Notes: generated by a model not told the origin, from the sequence alone. DNA of 64,000 nt from Spirochaetia bacterium (GCA_965208575.1 CBDBOV010000005.1:64001-128000), one strand, 5' to 3'. Positions 1-10,068 are shown, counted from the stretch's first letter. Numbers and translations are program-made.

Positions 1-65
1 GGGGCAACGGCCCCTGGATCGACCCCATGGACCAGCAGATGATGATCCGCCTGCGCCGGGTTTAG
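1..65 (+). CDS. 3' end of a gene entering from the left (probable NHL-repeat/beta-propeller protein)
   Basis: Reads GNGPWIDPMDQQMMIRLRRV*. The paralogous copy at 5881-5945 is preceded by the NHL-like PHGIGVDAGGNVYLT. Confidence 0.55.
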   Translation, partial: GNGPWIDPMDQQMMIRLRRV

Positions 66-70
66 TACCC

Positions 71-523
71 TTATCGGACCGATTCGGGGACGTGGGTCTC
101 TACGACCAGCTCCTGCCCCAACTCGCGGAGTGCGGCACCAATCCGGCTGGCGGCGGTGCGGTGGCGCGGGTCGAGCATGCGGCGCACCACCTTCCCGTCG
201 ACGCCGAGACGGCGCGCGAGGGCGCTGCGCGAGAGACCGCTGTCCTGAAGCGCAAGCACTAGAGCGGCTTTGGCCGCCGTATCCGCCGGTACGGCAACAT
301 CATGCTCATCCGTGCGCCGGGCACTCGGCGCCGGGATCGGATCGCTGTCTGCAGGCGGGTATACGATGCGGCCGGCAATGGCCACGTCGAGGGCGTCCGC
401 GGCTTCTGCCAGGGCCTCGGTTTCGTCGGCGCCCGAGGTGAGGCACTCCGGTAGATCCCGGAACGAGACAACGACCTCGTCCGGGCCGGTGCGGTGCAGC
501 CGTGCTGGATATACAAAACGCAT
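71..523 (-). CDS. hicB: HicB-family antitoxin with C-terminal HTH
   Basis: MRFVYPARL..VVSFRDLPECLTSG...EALAEAADAL is the HicB signature. HTH is SRSALARRLGVDGKVVRRMLDP. A GGGGAG RBS precedes the ATG at 523. Confidence 0.85.
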   Translation of the reverse strand: MRFVYPARLHRTGPDEVVVSFRDLPECLTSGADETEALAEAADALDVAIAGRIVYPPADSDPIPAPSARRTDEHDVAVPADTAAKAALVLALQDSGLSRSALARRLGVDGKVVRRMLDPRHRTAASRIGAALRELGQELVVETHVPESVR

Positions 524-545
524 GACACTCCCCCGTAACGGGACC

Positions 546-645
546 TTACCTGAAGTCACTTCGTTGTGTCCCACGATCAAGCACGCGTCGCGCCATCTCG
601 CTATTGCGCGGCACCGCCTGAGTGACTCGCCAGCTTGACCCTTTG
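546..645 (-). pseudogene. possible degenerate HicA toxin remnant
   Basis: The in-frame stretch QAGESLRRCRAIARWRD directly upstream of hicB resembles a HicA N-terminus, but no intact ORF exists. Confidence 0.3.
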
Positions 646-766
646 ACCGGTGCCGCCGACAAGGGTAGATTGCGAGGCGCCGCGAGGCGCCGGATCCATG
701 AACGATGCATGGTCCGGAAGAGCCGGCCGGCGGCCGATGCTTGGGCATCGGTTTTCATCGTCTTCC

Positions 767-1477
767 ATGTCGCGGAATTACCGTACAGACTCTCACTTCG
801 ATCTGGTCGAACGCGTCATCCTCCGTTGCGTCGTCGGCTCGCGCGCCTACGGACTGGACCGCGAGGGCTCCGACACCGACCGCCGCGGTGCGTATCTGCC
901 GCCCGCCGACCTGCACTGGTCGCTGGCGGGAGCGCCGCCGCAATTGCAGAACGAAACCACCCAGGAGGTGTACTGGGAGATCCAGAAATTCATCGTGCTC
1001 GCCCTGAAAGCCAATCCGAACGTCCTGGAGTGCCTCTATACGCCGCTCGTGGAGACCGTCACGCCGCTGGGCAAGGAGTTGCTGGCCATGCGGGGGTGCT
1101 TTCTTTCCCGGCTGGTGCACCAGACCTACACGCACTACGTGGAGGCTCAGTTCAGGCGCATGCAGGCCGGGCTGCGCAGCCGCGGTGTGGTGAAGTGGAG
1201 GCACGCGATGCACCTGCTGCGCCTGCTGCTGTCCGGCGTCACGGTGCTGCGGGAGGGTTTCGTCGCCGTCGACGTGAGCGAGCACCGGGAGCGGCTGCTG
1301 GCCGTCAGGTCGGGCAGGATCAGGTGGCAGGAAGTGGACGCGTGGCGGCGGGAACTGGTCGCTGAATTCGATGCCGCGCTGGCGCGCACCGCCCTGCCGG
1401 CGCAGCCCGACTACGAGCGCGCCGACCGGTTTCTGATCCGTGCCCGCCGGCGCGCGGTCGAGGAACGACTGCCGTGA
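767..1477 (+). CDS. Pol-beta-superfamily nucleotidyltransferase (RlaP/YcgL-like)
   Basis: Motifs VVGSRAYGL..EGSDTDRRGAY, KANPNVLECL and KWRHAMHLLRLL. Confidence 0.85.
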   Translation: MSRNYRTDSHFDLVERVILRCVVGSRAYGLDREGSDTDRRGAYLPPADLHWSLAGAPPQLQNETTQEVYWEIQKFIVLALKANPNVLECLYTPLVETVTPLGKELLAMRGCFLSRLVHQTYTHYVEAQFRRMQAGLRSRGVVKWRHAMHLLRLLLSGVTVLREGFVAVDVSEHRERLLAVRSGRIRWQEVDAWRRELVAEFDAALARTALPAQPDYERADRFLIRARRRAVEERLP

Positions 1478-2277
1478 GCCCTCCCACCCCAGGGGTGCAA
1501 CTCACCGGCGACGAGCGCCTGCAGCGGGTGGTTGACCGGCATCCCTATCCACTGCTGTTCGTCACGATCAGCGGTGCCCACCTGTACGGGTTTCCGTCTC
1601 CCGACTCCGACTACGACCTGCGCGGCGTCCACCTGTTGCCGCTGAAGCGAGTCATAGGCCTCGACGGCGGCGGCGAAACGGTGGAGACGTCGCACCATCT
1701 CGCCGGGATGGAGATCGACCTGGTGACGCACGACGCGCGCAAGTTCTTCGGCCTGCTGCTGAAGCCGAACGGGTACGTGCTGGAGCAGGTGCACTCGCCG
1801 CTGATCGTACACACCACGCCGGCGCACGAGGAGTTGAAGGCGATCGCCGCCGACTGCGTGACACGCCGCCACGAGCGGCACTATCGCGGCTTCGCCGCCG
1901 GGCAGTGGAAGCTGTTTCAGCGCGAGCAGCCACCGCGGATCAAGCCGTTGTTGTACGTGTATCGCGTGCTCCTGACCGGCATCCACCTGATGCGGACGGG
2001 CGCGGTCGAGGCCAACCTGAGCACCCTCAACGACCGCGCAAGGTTGCCCTGCCTCGACGAGTTGATCGCGCGCAAATCCGCCGGCCCGGAACAGGACCAC
2101 CTGCCGGCGACCGATGTGCGACTCCATGCGGCGGAGTACGAGCGCCTGGCCGGCGTGCTGCGTGCGGCGGCGGACGCATCCCACCTGCCGGAGCAACCGC
2201 GCGCCAAGCCCGCCCTGCACGACCTGCTGCTACGGCTGCGATTGCACGGACTCGCCGGCGCTCTCGCCGATAGCTGA
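1474..2277 (+). CDS. second RlaP/YcgL-like nucleotidyltransferase
   Basis: Motifs ISGAHLYGFPSPDSDYDLRGVH, NGYVLEQ and KPLLYVYRVLLTGIHLM. GTGA overlap with the upstream gene. Confidence 0.85.
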   Translation: MSPPTPGVQLTGDERLQRVVDRHPYPLLFVTISGAHLYGFPSPDSDYDLRGVHLLPLKRVIGLDGGGETVETSHHLAGMEIDLVTHDARKFFGLLLKPNGYVLEQVHSPLIVHTTPAHEELKAIAADCVTRRHERHYRGFAAGQWKLFQREQPPRIKPLLYVYRVLLTGIHLMRTGAVEANLSTLNDRARLPCLDELIARKSAGPEQDHLPATDVRLHAAEYERLAGVLRAAADASHLPEQPRAKPALHDLLLRLRLHGLAGALADS

Positions 2278-2633
2278 CTGCCGCAGGCCGGCCAACGACA
2301 ACGCACCGGCGCGACCACTGCCGGAAACCGAATGCACTCCATTCCTTTACCCGTAGCGGCAAGGCGTGGAACTGGCACCGGTACCGGTGCGCCTCGGGGT
2401 CCACCGGTACGGCGGTCCGCTGCGGCAGGACTATCCCACGCTACCGAGTCGCAGGCGGCCAGTCGCGATCTGAGGCGGGCGTGAAGCACGCCCGGAGCCT
2501 TCGCCGGCGTCCGGCGCCGCCCGCCCGCGGCAATAGACCAGCGAGCACGCCCGTCGGTGCATGACACCGCCGCCGCACCGATCATCCGCAACACGGGCAA
2601 GGCGATTGACGCAGCGCGCGGGCCGCCGGTTCA

Positions 2634-3680
2634 ATGGGGAGCGTGGACGTCGCCAACCCGATCTACGACGTGGTGTTCAAGTACCTGATGCAGAACGACC
2701 GGGTCGCCCGCCTGCTGATCGGCAGGATCACCGGCCTCGCGGTGCGGTCGCTCACCGTCAGCCCGCAGGAGAGCGCCGTGCGCCGCACTCCCGAAGACCC
2801 GGAGCGCGTCCAGCCGCTGACGCTGCTGCGCATGGACTTCGCCGCCCGCGTGCGCACTGCCGACGGCGGCGAGCGGCAGGTGCTGATCGAGATTCAGAAG
2901 ACCAGCGCGCCGACCGTGATCGAGCGCTTCCGGCGCTACCTGGGCCAGCAGATCGGCAGCGGCGACAACATCCTTACCCATCCGTCGGGCCGCACCGAGG
3001 CGGTGCCAATCGTGACCATCTACTTCCTGGGCTACGCCCTGGATGACCTGTCGGACGAGGCGGTGATCGACGTGTGCCCGCAGGTGACCGAGCGGCGCAC
3101 GGGGCGGGAGCTTGCGGCGAGCCATCCGCTGGTGGAGGGGATCCATCACCGCAGCCACATCATCCAGATACCGCGGCTGGCGAGCCGGCGGCGGGACGAG
3201 TTGGAGCGGCTGCTGGCGATCTTCGACCAGGGCTTGGTGAAAGGCAACGGGCGGGGTGACGCGCATGTGCTGACGATCGAAGAAGGGGAGTACCCGGCGG
3301 AGTGCGCCTTCGTGCTGCGGCAGTTGCGGGAGGCGATGGCGGAAGAAGAGGTGCGGCGCGACATGGAGGGAGAGGACCTGCTGTTGCGGGACTCGATGCT
3401 GCTGGCGCGGCAGGTGGAGCATCGCGACCGCCTTATAGCACAGGAGCGGCAGCAGGCGCAGCAGGAGCGGGAGCGGGCGCAGCGAGCGGAGCGGGCGCAA
3501 CAGCAGGCGGAACGGGCACAGCAGCAGGCGGAACAGGCGCAGCAACAGGCGGAGCAGGAGCGGCGCCTGTTGCTCGCGCAGGCGATCCGCCGCCTGCATG
3601 GCCTGGGACAGGATGCCGAAGCGATCGCCGCGGCGCTGGCGGTGGATGCGGACGAGGTGCGGCGAGTCCTGTCGGAGTGA
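2634..3680 (+). CDS. Rpn-like PD-(D/E)XK nuclease / putative transposase with coiled-coil tail
   Basis: NPIYDVVFKYLM and RMDF...VLIEIQK motifs; C-terminal (QQQAERA)n repeats; terminal IAAALAVDADEV HTH-like end. Confidence 0.75.
   Translation: MGSVDVANPIYDVVFKYLMQNDRVARLLIGRITGLAVRSLTVSPQESAVRRTPEDPERVQPLTLLRMDFAARVRTADGGERQVLIEIQKTSAPTVIERFRRYLGQQIGSGDNILTHPSGRTEAVPIVTIYFLGYALDDLSDEAVIDVCPQVTERRTGRELAASHPLVEGIHHRSHIIQIPRLASRRRDELERLLAIFDQGLVKGNGRGDAHVLTIEEGEYPAECAFVLRQLREAMAEEEVRRDMEGEDLLLRDSMLLARQVEHRDRLIAQERQQAQQERERAQRAERAQQQAERAQQQAEQAQQQAEQERRLLLAQAIRRLHGLGQDAEAIAAALAVDADEVRRVLSE
3446..3562 (+). repeat. imperfect 21-bp tandem coding repeats (QQQAE[R/Q]A)
   Basis: Repeated cagcaggcggaac(g/a)ggc(a/g)cag units. 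Confidence 0.7.
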
Positions 3681-3735
3681 CGGCCGTGCGTAGGCGGGAG
3701 ACTGAGGCCCGACGAATTCGCCGTCCCGAACTTGC

Positions 3736-5336
3736 TTGCTCACCGAGAAGATCGCCCTGTTCCGATCGCTGTTTCGCGGCCGCGAGGACGTGTTTCCCAA
3801 GCGGTGGAGCAACGCACGGAGCGGCAGATCCGGCTACGCCCCCGCCTGTGCCAACGAGTGGGCGCCCCGAATCTGCGACAAGCCCAGGATCAAGTGCCGG
3901 GAGTGCCCGAACCAGGCGTTCATACCGGTGACCGCCGATGTGATCGCCCGCCTCCGCGGCAGGGGTGCGGACGGCCGCGACTTCACCATCGGCGTATACC
4001 CCATGCTGGCCGACGAAACCTGCTGGTTCCTGGCCATAGACTTCGACAAGAAGACTTGGCACCGCGACGTTGCCGTGTTCCTGGCGACCTGTCAGGCGCT
4101 GGGGGTTCCGGCCGCCTTGGAACGATCGCGGTCCGGCAACGGCGGCCACATGTGGATCTTCTTCACCCATCCGGTCCCGGCAGCGTCGGCTCGACGCCTT
4201 GGAGCATGGCTGCTCACCGAGTCGATGGAACGGAACCCCGACATCGGGTTCGAGTCCTACGACCGACTGTTTCCCAACCAGGACACGCTGCCGGCCGGTG
4301 GCTTCGGCAATCTGATAGCCCTGCCCTTGCAGCACCAGCCACGGCGAGCCGACAACAGCGTATTCCTTGACGACGACTTGCAGCCACACGTCGACCAGTG
4401 GAGGTACTTGTCTTCGGTCAGACGCATGAGTCCGGCCGAGGTCGCCCGCCTGACCGACGAAGCCGGCCGGCGCGGGCGCATACTCGGCGTACGCTTGCCC
4501 GTCGTGGAGGAGGACGAAGCGCCGTGGCTTGCGCCGCCGTCCCGGAAGAGAACGGACGAACCAATTGCCGGTCCACTGCCCGAGACCGTCGAGGTGGTGC
4601 TTGGCGATCAGGTGTACGTTGGTCGAGCAGGGCTTCCCGCGTCCCTCGTCAATCGGCTGGCCCGACTCGCCGCATTTCAGAATCCCGAGTTCTACAGCGC
4701 CCAGGGGATGCGCCTGCCCCACCTACGGTATTCCCCCTGTCATCGGCTGCGCGGAGCTGCTGTCGCACCACGTGGCGCTGCCGCGCGGGTGCCGCGACCA
4801 GGTGGAGGCGCTGCTCTCGTCACTGGGCATCGTCGTACGTCCCCGCGACGAGCGCAATGGCGGTCGTCCGCTCGCAACGACCTTCGAAGGCGAGCTGACG
4901 CAGGAGCAGGATGCTGCCGCACACGCGCTGATGCGGCACGATACGGGAGTACTGGCGGCGACCACCGCATTCGGCAAGACCGTAGTTGCGGCTTCCCTGA
5001 TCGCCGCCCGCGGGTCCAATACCCTCGTTCTGGTCCATCGTCGCCAGCTCCTGGACCAGTGGCTCGCCCGGCTCGCCAGCTTTCTCGATCTTCCTGCCGA
5101 GCAGATCGGTCAGATCGGCGGCGGCAAGCGCCGCCCGACCGGTGCCGTCGACGTCGCCGTCATCCAGAGCCTGGTCCGCAAAGGCGAAGTCGATGACGTG
5201 GTCGCCGACTATGGCCACCAAGCGCGAGGTGATCGTATACGACTACGTGGACGGCGAGGTTCCGGTGCTGGCCGGCATGAGCCTCAAGCGGATCACCGGC
5301 TTCAAGAGCCTGGGCTACTCCGTCGCCGCTCCATGA
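3736..5336 (+). pseudogene. TOTE-type AEP primase / SF2 helicase fusion, frameshifted and internally deleted
   Basis: Primase part: EKIALFRSLFRGREDVF, FLAIDFD, ERSRSGNGGHMW, YDRLFPNQD. Frameshift at CCCC 4717-4720. Walker A is ATTAFGKT. DYGH (about 5218) is joined directly to the C-terminal VIVYDYVD segment, so the DExH and later motifs are missing. Confidence 0.8.
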
Positions 5337-5344
5337 GCAACCTC

Positions 5345-5459
5345 TCCACGTCGACCGCACGCCGGCCCGCCCCATCTCGGGCACCGTACGGACGTGGTGG
5401 TCTCTGAGTTCTGCTCTGAGCCGCCGGGGGAGACACTCATCGAGCAGAATGCGCTTCAG
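5345..5459 (-). pseudogene. DUF5615/PIN-like toxin stub (about 35 codons)
   Basis: KRILLDECLPRRLRAELRDHHVRTVPEMGRAG overlaps the DUF433 stop; the resemblance then ends. Confidence 0.7.
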
Positions 5460-5664
5460 AGGTCAGCACTTCCTTCGCCTGTTCGAGCACGGCTATCGTC
5501 TGGCTGCGGGAAACGGTCGGAAAATCGTCGAGGAATTCGGCCAGCGGACGGCCGGCCTTGAGGTAGTCCGGCAAGGCTTGAACAGGAACGCGAGTTCCGA
5601 CGAAGACCGGCGTTCCGCCAAGAATCTCGGGATCGCGGAGAATTTCCTGCGGTTTCTGAACCAT
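5437..5664 (-). CDS. DUF433 family antitoxin
   Basis: RDPEILGGTPVFVGTRVPV...G...AEFLDDFPTVS; GGAGG upstream. Confidence 0.9.
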   Translation of the reverse strand: MVQKPQEILRDPEILGGTPVFVGTRVPVQALPDYLKAGRPLAEFLDDFPTVSRSQTIAVLEQAKEVLTSEAHSAR

Positions 5665-5741
5665 GACGGACCTCCAAGCCTCCTCCCTATGGTACCCGGC
5701 CTTCACTGCTCGGCCTGCGAGCCGCCACCAACATCGCGACC

Positions 5742-5945
5742 ATGCAGGGCCAAGTGGGCGGCGACCACGTGCGCCTATTCACCTGCCTGGCGCGCATCTA
5801 CCACGACTCCCCGGTCATGCAGGGGCCGCACGGCATCGGCGTCGACGCCGGCGGCAACGTCTACCTGACCCAGGTGCTGTGGGGCAACGGCCCCTGGATC
5901 GACCCCATCGACCGGCAGTTGATGATCCTCCTGCGCCGGGTGTGA
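5742..5945 (+). pseudogene. orphan duplicate 3' fragment of the NHL-like gene
   Basis: GPHGIGVDAGGNVYLTQVLWGNGPWIDPIDRQLMILLRRV*. Positions 5881-5941 match 1-61 with 4 mismatches. Confidence 0.7.
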
Positions 5946-5979
5946 GCACCGATGCGCCTCGAAGTGATACAATGGATAG

Positions 5980-6738
5980 ATGAAGATGATATTGCCGAAA
6001 CGAATGGCGACACCGGTCTTGCTCGGGTGTGCGGCTGTCGTGGTGTTGTCCTGTGCGATGACCGGTGCCGGCACCGGCCCGGGTGACGGAGACGACAACA
6101 GGCCGGTCTGCACTTCGAGCGAATTCCTGGCGAACGGACCGTACTTCCTCAGCAACGGGAGTCAAGGGATTCCCTTCCCGCTGCTGCGCCACTCCTTCTG
6201 CACGCACCAGGATCGAGACCTGGTGCGTTACTCCTTCGAGCTGAGTGACGCTCGCAAGATGGTACACGCCGTGTTCGCGCTGGAGTTCAGTGCATTCGAG
6301 ATGACGCAGGATGGCGCCGCCGAGGCCATATACGAGCGGTCGACGTTCCAAGCCATCACCGACTTCGCGGTCGGCAATGCGCTGAGCAAGTGGCTGGACT
6401 GCCGCGAAATGATCCGCTCAACGAAGGGGTTCGCCATCGACCAGTGTGAGGAGGTCAGTAGCGGCATCCGGCACGTCGGCGCCGGCGAGCCGGGAGGCCA
6501 ACCGGAAGACCTGTTCCCCTGCGGGATCAACGTCGGTCCGGATGGGGTGCGCGACTATGAAGGGGACGAGGTTCCCGAAAGCGTCTATTCCGACGAGGGG
6601 AGGCATTTGACCGAGGGCTTCACGAAGGGCGATCGGTACGCACTGAAGACCGACAGCCGGATCGCCGGGGTCTACGTTCCCGCAATGTTCTTCGGCGACC
6701 TGACGTTCGCCACGGAACTGCCGGCATGCGGCGGTTGA
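5980..6738 (+). CDS. hypothetical Cys-rich secreted/lipoprotein
   Basis: Basic N-terminus, hydrophobic stretch and VLSC lipobox-like site; TGnTACAAT extended -10 upstream. Confidence 0.6.
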   Translation: MKMILPKRMATPVLLGCAAVVVLSCAMTGAGTGPGDGDDNRPVCTSSEFLANGPYFLSNGSQGIPFPLLRHSFCTHQDRDLVRYSFELSDARKMVHAVFALEFSAFEMTQDGAAEAIYERSTFQAITDFAVGNALSKWLDCREMIRSTKGFAIDQCEEVSSGIRHVGAGEPGGQPEDLFPCGINVGPDGVRDYEGDEVPESVYSDEGRHLTEGFTKGDRYALKTDSRIAGVYVPAMFFGDLTFATELPACGG

Positions 6739-6884
6739 GCGAGACGGACCCCGGCCCGCGAACTTCGCGGCGGCGAGCGGAGTGCCCGGGAGCACCCGTC
6801 GATCCGCCATGGGGACATAGCATTACATAGCATCCGCAGGTTGTGCCGCTCAGGGCGCGCGGTGTGGTAGGATCGGCGGACGAC

Positions 6885-8651
6885 ATGGCGACGCGCAGAC
6901 CGAACTTCGTTTTCGTCCTTACCGACGATCAGGGCTACGGCGACCTGGGGTGCCACGGCAACGACGTGATCCGCACCCCCAACCTGGACCGCTTCCACGG
7001 CGACGCGGTGCGCTTCACCGACTTCCACGTCGGCACCACCTGCGCGCCCACCCGCTCCGGCCTGCTGACCGGCCACTTCTGCAACAGCGCCGGGGTGTGG
7101 CACACCATTGGCGGGCGCTCGCTGCTGCGCGAGGATGAGTGGACGCTCGCCGACGCGCTGCGCGAGGCCGGCTACCGCACCGGGCAGTTCGGCAAGTGGC
7201 ACCTGGGCGACAGCCAGCCGTTCCGGCCCCACGAGCGCGGCTTCGAGCGCGCCGTGTACCACAACGGCGGCGGCATCGGCAACATCGGCGACGCCTGGGG
7301 CAACGACTACTTCGACGACACCTACTACGTGAACGGCGTGCCGCGCAAATTCGAGGGCTACTGCACCGACGTGTTCTTCCGCGAGGGCCTGCGCTTCATC
7401 GAGGAGCACCGCGCGGAGCCGTTCTACTGCCACATCTCCACCAACGCCCCGCACGGCCCGCTCAACGTCGAGCCGCACTACGCCGCCGCCTACGACGACT
7501 CCACCCCGCACGAGGACCGCGCCCGCTTCTACGGCATGATCACCAACATCGACGAGAATTTCGGCCTGCTGGTGCGGCGGCTCGACGAGTTGGGACTCGC
7601 CGAGAACACCATCGTCGTGTTCATGACCGACAACGGCACCGCCACCGGGGTGGAGCTGGACGCGCACGGGTTCCCGCGGGAGGGGCCGGGCAGCTTCAAC
7701 GCCGGCATGCGCGGCAAGAAGGGCTCGCCCTACGACGGCGGCCACCGGGTGCCATTCCTGCTGCGCTACCCGGGCGCCGGCGCGCGCGGCGGGCACGACG
7801 TGGGGCAGCTCACCAGCTACGTGGACTTCATGCCGACCATCCTCGACCTGTGCGGGGTGACGCCGCCGGCACAGCGCACCTTCCACGGCCGCAGTCTGAC
7901 CCCGCTGATGCGCGGCGAAGACGACGGCACCTGGGGGCAGCGCATCATGGTGGCCGACACGCAGCGCATCGCCCACCCCGCCAAGTGGCGCCTGAGCTCG
8001 GTGATGCGCGGCCCCTGGCGCCTGGTGCACGGGCTGGAGCTGTACCACCTCGGGCGCGACCCCGGCCAGCGCCGCGACGTCGCCGCCGAGCACCCGGACG
8101 TGGTGGCCGAGCTGCGCGCCGGCTACGAGCGCTGGTGGGAGCTGGTCTCCGAGCAGTTCGACCGCGACGTGCCGATGGTGATCGGAGGGGACGACGAGCC
8201 GGTGCGGCTCACCACCCACGACATGCGCAACGAGGCGTGCAACGGCGCCTGGAACCAGCGCCAGGTACGGGAAGGGCACGTCGCCGGCGGCTACTGGGCA
8301 ATCGACGTGCGCCGCGCCGGCCGCTATCGCGTCGAGTTGCGCCGCTGGCCGGAGGACGCCGGCTACGCCCTGGACGCCGGCATCGACGGCGACGACGTCC
8401 CGTGGCGGCGCGACGCCATCCAGGAGCAGCATGCGCCGCACTACTCCGGCGGCGTGGCGCTGCCGATCGGCTGGGCCGCCCTGACCGTGGGCGGCAGCAG
8501 CTACCACGCGGAGACCCCGTCCGGCGACACCGCCGCGGTGTTCGAGGTCGACCTCCAGGCCGGCCCCGACCGGCTCTCCGCCGCCTTCCACGACCGCATC
8601 GAGCGCACCATCGGCTCCTACTACGTCACCATCCACCCCGCCGGCGACTGA
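6885..8651 (+). CDS. arylsulfatase (Cys-type, formylglycine-dependent)
   Basis: RPNFVFVLTDDQGYGD, CAPTRSGLLTG (CxPxR), GKWHLG and TDNG motifs. Confidence 0.95.
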   Translation: MATRRPNFVFVLTDDQGYGDLGCHGNDVIRTPNLDRFHGDAVRFTDFHVGTTCAPTRSGLLTGHFCNSAGVWHTIGGRSLLREDEWTLADALREAGYRTGQFGKWHLGDSQPFRPHERGFERAVYHNGGGIGNIGDAWGNDYFDDTYYVNGVPRKFEGYCTDVFFREGLRFIEEHRAEPFYCHISTNAPHGPLNVEPHYAAAYDDSTPHEDRARFYGMITNIDENFGLLVRRLDELGLAENTIVVFMTDNGTATGVELDAHGFPREGPGSFNAGMRGKKGSPYDGGHRVPFLLRYPGAGARGGHDVGQLTSYVDFMPTILDLCGVTPPAQRTFHGRSLTPLMRGEDDGTWGQRIMVADTQRIAHPAKWRLSSVMRGPWRLVHGLELYHLGRDPGQRRDVAAEHPDVVAELRAGYERWWELVSEQFDRDVPMVIGGDDEPVRLTTHDMRNEACNGAWNQRQVREGHVAGGYWAIDVRRAGRYRVELRRWPEDAGYALDAGIDGDDVPWRRDAIQEQHAPHYSGGVALPIGWAALTVGGSSYHAETPSGDTAAVFEVDLQAGPDRLSAAFHDRIERTIGSYYVTIHPAGD

Positions 8652-8671
8652 CGGCACGCTTCCCGGGGCGT

Positions 8672-9178
8672 TCAGATTGGCCTGCTCATCTCGCGCTCGA
8701 ACAGGTTGGGGTCGTTCGGGTAGGGCTCGGTACTGCCGGTGAACGAGAAACCGAGGCTCCGGTAGAACGTGAAGGCGGTGTCGTTGTTGGACGTAACGGC
8801 CAAGCACACGGTTTGCGCGTCCCTGCTCCGAGCCCAGTCCAGCACCGCATGCACCAGTGCTCGGCCAACGCCGCGGCGGCGGTGCGTGGGAGCGACCCAC
8901 ATCGACACCAGGTGGGCCCGGCGCGGATCCTCGCGATCCAGGAACGCGCCCACGATCCCGCACGGTGTGCCGCAGTCCAGCGCCAGAAACGACGTGGAGC
9001 GGTCTCCGCTCCAGCGGTCGGCGCGCTGCAGCCAGTCTTCGTCGGTGTCTCGGGACTCGTCCGCGTAGGTGGACGAGAAGGCCGTGGGTGAATCCTTCAG
9101 GGCGCGCAACCGTGCGCCCTTGAACGCCAGTGCGTTCTGCCGCATGATCCGTTCAATCAAGACCCCACCATTGGCCAT
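8672..9178 (-). CDS. GNAT family N-acetyltransferase
   Basis: SMWVAPTHRRRGVGRAL and N..AFTFYRSLGF motifs. Confidence 0.9.
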   Translation of the reverse strand: MANGGVLIERIMRQNALAFKGARLRALKDSPTAFSSTYADESRDTDEDWLQRADRWSGDRSTSFLALDCGTPCGIVGAFLDREDPRRAHLVSMWVAPTHRRRGVGRALVHAVLDWARSRDAQTVCLAVTSNNDTAFTFYRSLGFSFTGSTEPYPNDPNLFEREMSRPI

Positions 9179-9231
9179 CGGTGCCATGGTTGACGCGGGA
9201 GGGAGCATGGGTCAACTTGAGCGGTACGCCC

Positions 9232-10068
9232 ATGAACGCTCCCACCACCGGCTACGTCGATCTCAGCGACCAGCAGCGTACCTTCTTCGAGGACAACGGA
9301 TACCTGTTGATCAAGGAGGCCTTGCCGCCTGACGTGGTCGGCGAGGTCGAGGCCGCCGTCGACGAACTCCACGCCCGCGCGCGGGTCGGCGGGCGGCTTG
9401 ACGCCGACGGCAGGTTCCAGTTGCGCAACTGCATCGTGCACCACGAGGCGTTCTTCCCGCTGCTCGACTGGCCGGCCACCGCTCCGCTGGCGTGGGGCAT
9501 CCTGAACTGGAACATCCAGCTCAACACTTCGCACCTGATCGTGCTGCCGCCGGGCCCTGAGCCGGCACTGCACGAGAAACGGCGCCTGGGGTTTCATCGC
9601 GACGGCGGCACCTCCTACGCCGAGATGCAGGAGCCGCACCCGCGCATCCTGCTCAAGATCGCCTACGCCATCAGCGACCAGTCCGACCCGGCCTGCGGCG
9701 CCACCGTCCTCGTACCCGGCAGCAACCGGCTCTCCGGCCGGCCGGCGACCGACCCGGAGACCGGTCTGGCAAGCGGTGCGGTAAGCATGAACGTCAACGC
9801 CGGCGATGCCTTCATCTTCGAGCAGCGCACCTGGCACGCCGCCGGACGCAACTGGTCCGACCGCGAACGCAAGACTATCTTCGTCGGCTACGCCTACCGC
9901 TGGGTCAAGCCGATGGACTACGTCGAGATGCCGAAGGCGATGCTGGCGCGGGCCAATCCGATCCAGCGGCAGTTGCTCGGCGCCGTGAGCGACCCGCTGA
10001 GTTACTACCTCCCCGACGACACCGACGTCCCACTGAAGGCCCTCGTCAAACGCAACGGCAGGCCCTGA
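9232..10068 (+). CDS. phytanoyl-CoA dioxygenase (PhyH) family Fe/2OG enzyme
   Basis: FFEDNGYL, FHRD (HxD), GATVLVPGS and AGDAFIF...WHA motifs. Confidence 0.9.
   Translation: MNAPTTGYVDLSDQQRTFFEDNGYLLIKEALPPDVVGEVEAAVDELHARARVGGRLDADGRFQLRNCIVHHEAFFPLLDWPATAPLAWGILNWNIQLNTSHLIVLPPGPEPALHEKRRLGFHRDGGTSYAEMQEPHPRILLKIAYAISDQSDPACGATVLVPGSNRLSGRPATDPETGLASGAVSMNVNAGDAFIFEQRTWHAAGRNWSDRERKTIFVGYAYRWVKPMDYVEMPKAMLARANPIQRQLLGAVSDPLSYYLPDDTDVPLKALVKRNGRP

Noticed and set aside
2280-2630. Possible ncRNA in the intergenic region (GCACCGGTACCGGTGC palindrome)
   Set aside because: Only isolated palindromes; no recognisable RNA family or second copy.
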